From assembly GCA_028280285.1 (NCBI GenBank), contig JANQMA010000001.1:7184-71183 (forward strand): a DNA stretch of 64,000 nt. The letters are read 5' to 3'. Source of the DNA: Candidatus Omnitrophota bacterium (GTDB taxonomy: Bacteria > Omnitrophota > Gorgyraeia > Zapsychrales > Zapsychraceae). Position numbers and translations under genes: made by a program. The notes under the pieces were generated by a model. The model saw nothing but the letters and a program-made list of their open reading frames with translations. It made no database searches and was not told the DNA's origin. Shown here piece by piece: positions 59,950 through 64,000 of this stretch. Each line of letters begins with the position of its first letter. Position 1 is the first letter of the stretch.

Positions 59950-62403
59950 ATGCGTAATTTGTCCAACTCAGAAAAAATTGTTCCTGTTTATATCGAAGAT
60001 GAGATGAAGCAATCGTATCTGGCGTATTCGATGTCGGTTATTGTCGGGCGTGCGCTTCCTGATGTGCGCGACGGGCTTAAGCCGGTGCACCGGCGTGTGC
60101 TTTATGCGATGGATGAGCTAAGCCTTGATTATGGCAAGCCATATAAAAAGTGTGCGCGTATTGTCGGGGAGGTTCTGGGTAAGTATCATCCGCATGGCGA
60201 CTCGGCTGTGTATGATACGCTGGTGCGCATGGTGCAGGACTTTTCTATGCGTCAACCGCTTGTCGATGGGCAAGGAAACTTTGGATCGATTGATGGGGAC
60301 TCACCAGCCGCGATGCGTTACACCGAAGCGCGCATGGCCTCGATCACCCGCGAGATGTTGGTCGACATTCAAAAAGAAACCGTCGATTTTTCGCCCAACT
60401 TTGACGGATCACTGAATGAGCCGGTTGTCCTTCCGGCGGCCTTTCCTAATTTACTTGTTAACGGATCGACAGGGATTGCTGTTGGTATGGCCACCAATAT
60501 GCCGCCGCACAACTTAAGTGAAGTGTGTGACGGTGTGACCCATGTGATCGATAATCCTGGATGTACGCCAAAAGATTTGATGAAGATTGTTAAGGGGCCA
60601 GATTTCCCCACAGGGGGGATAATCTGTGGAAAAGAAGGAATCAAAAACGCCTATGAGACTGGTCGAGGTAAATTGATTGTCCGTGCGCGGGCGAATATTG
60701 AAAGACAAAAGAACTCTAGAGACTCCATTATCATTACAGAAATTCCGTATCAGGTTAACAAAGCTAATCTTATTAAGGCAACTGCTGATCTTGTTCAAAA
60801 CAAAAAGGTCGAGGGGATTAGTGATATACGCGACGAGTCGGATAAAGACGGTATCCGTGTTGTGATCGAACTAAAACGTGATTCACAGCCGCAGATCATC
60901 CTTAACTATCTCTACAAACATACACAACTGGAAACAACTTTCGGCATTATTAATCTTGCGCTTGTCAACAACAGCCCGAAAGTTCTTCCGATTAAAGATA
61001 TCATGGTCGAGTTTATCGGCCATAGACGTGTTGTTGTGCGCCGCCGGACACAGTTTGATTTGGATAAGGCGCTGCGCCGCGCGCACATATTAGAAGGATT
61101 AAGAGTCGCCATTGATAAAATCGATGCGATTATAAAAACCATCCGCGCCTCTAAGACGACACAAATTGCTAAGACGAACTTGATGAGTAAGTTCAAGTTG
61201 TCTGAAATACAGGCCCAGGCTATTTTAGAAATGCAGCTTCAAAAGTTAACAGGGTTGGAGCGCGACAAGATTGAAAACGAATACAAAGAACTTCTTAAAG
61301 CAATTAAAGAATACCGTGCGATTCTGGCATCCGAAGAAAAAATAAACAGCATCATTAAAGATGAATTGGCGGATATTAAGAAAAAGTACGGCAATGAGCG
61401 CCGCACAGAGATTGCCGCCAAGCCGGAAGAGATTGAGATGGAGGACTTGATTGCCGAGGAGGATATGGCGATTACGATTACCAATACCGGCTATATCAAG
61501 CGTATGGCGGTGTCCACTTACCGCAAACAAAAAAGAGGCGGCAAGGGTGTAACCGGCATGACGACCAAAGAAGAAGACTTTGTTAAGCAGCTTTTTGTCG
61601 CTTCATCCAAAGATTATCTTTTAATCTTTTCGGATAAAGGGACAGTGCGCTGGCTTAAGGTCTATGAAATACCGGTTGCCTCGCGTAATGCCAAGGGTAA
61701 AAATATCGTTAATCTCTTGTCGATGAAAAACGACGAGCAGATAAGTTCGATTGTTAATGTTAAAGAATTCAGCGACGACCTGTCTATTGTCATGGCTACC
61801 GCTAGTGGCAATGTTAAGAAAACAAAGCTTTCAGCCTACAGCAATCCACGTAAAGGGGGTATCGTTGGGATGGGGCTTGCGGCAGGCGACACTTTGATTG
61901 GAACCGCGATCAGTAATGGCAAACACGATATTTTATTTGCGACAAAGCAAGGCAAGTCTTTACGTTTTAACGAAAAACAAATCCGCGATATGGGTCGTTC
62001 GGCTAAGGGTGTGCGCGGCATTTCTTTAGCCAAAGGTGATCAGGTTGTCAGCATGATTGTTTTTCCAACCGATGTGGATAAAACAGGCTGCACACTTCTA
62101 ACGGTTACCGAAAACGGTTTTGCCAAGCGCAGCGACTTTGCGGCTTACCGCACACAGTCACGTGGCGGCAAGGGGATCATCAATGTTAAGGTGACCGATA
62201 AAAACGGTCCGGTTGTCGGCGCCCTTCCGGTTATGCCGGATGATGAGATTATGTCTGTCACTAAAAGCGGCATGATTGTCAAATGCGGACCGAATGACAT
62301 TCGTCAAACCGGCCGTAGTGCCGTGGGCGTGCGCATGGTGACCCTTAAAGGGGATGACAAGGTCAGCTCCGTTGCCAATGTCGTGCACAAGGAAGAAGAG
62401 TAG
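59950..62403 (+). CDS. gyrA: DNA gyrase subunit A
   Basis: [14 protein letters not shown], GyrA-box QKRGGKG. Confidence 0.98.
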   Translation: MRNLSNSEKIVPVYIEDEMKQSYLAYSMSVIVGRALPDVRDGLKPVHRRVLYAMDELSLDYGKPYKKCARIVGEVLGKYHPHGDSAVYDTLVRMVQDFSMRQPLVDGQGNFGSIDGDSPAAMRYTEARMASITREMLVDIQKETVDFSPNFDGSLNEPVVLPAAFPNLLVNGSTGIAVGMATNMPPHNLSEVCDGVTHVIDNPGCTPKDLMKIVKGPDFPTGGIICGKEGIKNAYETGRGKLIVRARANIERQKNSRDSIIITEIPYQVNKANLIKATADLVQNKKVEGISDIRDESDKDGIRVVIELKRDSQPQIILNYLYKHTQLETTFGIINLALVNNSPKVLPIKDIMVEFIGHRRVVVRRRTQFDLDKALRRAHILEGLRVAIDKIDAIIKTIRASKTTQIAKTNLMSKFKLSEIQAQAILEMQLQKLTGLERDKIENEYKELLKAIKEYRAILASEEKINSIIKDELADIKKKYGNERRTEIAAKPEEIEMEDLIAEEDMAITITNTGYIKRMAVSTYRKQKRGGKGVTGMTTKEEDFVKQLFVASSKDYLLIFSDKGTVRWLKVYEIPVASRNAKGKNIVNLLSMKNDEQISSIVNVKEFSDDLSIVMATASGNVKKTKLSAYSNPRKGGIVGMGLAAGDTLIGTAISNGKHDILFATKQGKSLRFNEKQIRDMGRSAKGVRGISLAKGDQVVSMIVFPTDVDKTGCTLLTVTENGFAKRSDFAAYRTQSRGGKGIINVKVTDKNGPVVGALPVMPDDEIMSVTKSGMIVKCGPNDIRQTGRSAVGVRMVTLKGDDKVSSVANVVHKEEE

Positions 62404-62410
62404 TAACGCT

Positions 62411-64000
62411 TTAGTACGCCATCACAAAAGGGCGCTTGCCTCCACGCACATCAACAGCGAATTCGGCAAACGCCACTTCATGAAAACTCATTTCGATTAG
62501 TTGTTTTCTTTCCACGCCATCAGACATTGCAAGAATTTCTTTATCTTTTGCCCGTAATACCTCATAGCCTGGTTTAAACAAATCGGCTTTATGCGCGCGG
62601 GTGACCGACAGTAAAACTGTTGCTAAAGAAAGAATAAGCCCAATTTTTAAAACAGTTGTCACACATTTTTTCTGTGTCAGAACGGTCAGGAACATCAAAA
62701 CAATCGGGATATAAAGAAACCGGCTTTGTTGTGTGCCGAACCACCACGTGATCCAATAGACAATGATAAAAAGGGGAATAAGCGCGACCGATTTGTCTTT
62801 TAAAGACTTGATGACAAAAATAACAAACGGACCAAGCACGAGCAGATACGGAAGACCGACGGGATAATCGAAGATATTATTAACCCCTTTGTTGGGAACG
62901 GCAATTAACCACAAGTGTTTGATAAAGTTAAGGGGCGATGTTCCTGCGCCGTATAAGTCTTTAAAGGCAATCATTTCTTGGGCATTGTCTTTCATGGACT
63001 GCATCTGGATTTTATTTGTATTTCCACCGGTAATAGTGAGGCTGCCAACACCTAAAGGGTAAAGCGGGGTCCCGGCGTGTATTAAAGACTTTGTTATGAA
63101 AGGCCCTGCGAGGATGACGCCAAGAACAATAAATCCTATACATGTTTTTCCCAATCCTTTGTGATAAGAAAAATTAAGCCTATTTTCCTCGGCGGGATTA
63201 AAGATAAGCGCTGTTTTGGCAAAACCAAACTTTTTTAACACAAGACAAACAACGAGCATAATAATGGCAATCACAGTAAACTGAACAGGAAGAAGAGGCT
63301 TGGCCCAAAAAAGAAAAGAAAATTCGATAAGCGCGAATGCATGGTTTTTGCGCAAGAAGCTATCTAAAGTCGCAAGCAATAAATAACAAAGAATAATATC
63401 AAGCATGGCTGTGCCCATTTGAATGCCGATAAAGTGACTCCCGGCAACCGCAAACACGCCCAACAAAGCCGGCTTAACCGAATCTGGGCGGAAATAGGTG
63501 AATAGCCGCGCGGTTACGGCAAGCAAACCCATCAAGAAAATAAACTGAGGGATTTTGTTGGGCAGGGGTGTTGCCAGCCAATAGGGGGCCAGGGCATAAT
63601 CAACAGGCATCAGAAACAAATCGGCGGTTGCCCAGGGAATAAGAGCGAATGATTCTAAAATGATGTGCTGGCGCGGAAGCGTTATATGATAATTAAGAAC
63701 ATCATATTCTTGCAATAGGTGCGGTGGCAAGAGCGAAGCAAAGAAACTTATAAAAAGAATGGCTGCACAAAGAATGCTTCCGATAGAGAAAATCGTTTTA
63801 GAAAACCATGAAGCCTCTTTAAACTTTGCCCATAACCCCGATAGATGTGCGGGGATCTTTTTTCCGCAGCCTAGGAGCGCCCATAAGCAGATAAGACCAA
63901 ACAAGCCCCAAGCCAGAAAAGACGTATGCCCACCCTGATCAGGAATAAAATAGAGTTCAATCCAATACAGAGGGTATCCGATGATAAGAAGATAAGTCGG
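62411..64000 (-). CDS. Polytopic membrane protein, GT-C/ArnT-like (5' end outside the window)
   Basis: Frame stays open to the window edge; many TM segments; DVLNYH, GTPLYP and QQSRFL motifs typical of GT-C-fold proteins. Confidence 0.6.
   Translation of the reverse strand, partial: PTYLLIIGYPLYWIELYFIPDQGGHTSFLAWGLFGLICLWALLGCGKKIPAHLSGLWAKFKEASWFSKTIFSIGSILCAAILFISFFASLLPPHLLQEYDVLNYHITLPRQHIILESFALIPWATADLFLMPVDYALAPYWLATPLPNKIPQFIFLMGLLAVTARLFTYFRPDSVKPALLGVFAVAGSHFIGIQMGTAMLDIILCYLLLATLDSFLRKNHAFALIEFSFLFWAKPLLPVQFTVIAIIMLVVCLVLKKFGFAKTALIFNPAEENRLNFSYHKGLGKTCIGFIVLGVILAGPFITKSLIHAGTPLYPLGVGSLTITGGNTNKIQMQSMKDNAQEMIAFKDLYGAGTSPLNFIKHLWLIAVPNKGVNNIFDYPVGLPYLLVLGPFVIFVIKSLKDKSVALIPLFIIVYWITWWFGTQQSRFLYIPIVLMFLTVLTQKKCVTTVLKIGLILSLATVLLSVTRAHKADLFKPGYEVLRAKDKEILAMSDGVERKQLIEMSFHEVAFAEFAVDVRGGKRPFVMAY

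Overview
Bacterial chromosomal window spanning the replication origin. Genes from 1 to 54210 are almost all on the minus strand and dnaA-dnaN-dciA-gyrB-gyrA are on the plus strand, with DnaA boxes, DnaA-trios and two parS sites at the switch. Gene style (short PheT and ThrS, stand-alone Jag_N, GSIII, Na+-NQR, periodic inverted intergenic repeats) suggests a PVC-group organism such as Ca. Omnitrophota; this is inference only. Left to right: glpD-glpK; a nitrogen-assimilation island (gltD, gltB, Gln-dependent nadE, GATase, GSIII glnA, PII, amtB, GAF-GAF-ANTAR regulator); nqrABCDEF plus an nqrM-like gene; a DRTGG protein and sucCD; a beta-PGM/T6P phosphatase/GH65 operon; gltX, PilZ, ymdB, rny, 5-FCL, 6S RNA; pheST, trkAH, rplT-rpmI-infC-thrS; three tRNAs; coaC, rpoZ, gmk, yicC, ndk, parAB, jag_N, yidC, rpmH. 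The best candidate for an undescribed system is a complete one-component RNA-level nitrogen switch: a REC-less ANTAR protein with two PtsP/NifA-like GAF domains sits beside its apparent targets, ANxGxx-hexaloop hairpins overlapping intrinsic terminators in the glnA leader (one attenuator) and the amtB-PII leader (two in tandem), with unusually long linkers. The regulator appears to share one palindromic -10 element with a head-to-head nqrM-like gene, which would make both transcripts leaderless. All family calls are by eye from motifs and synteny; no searches were run.
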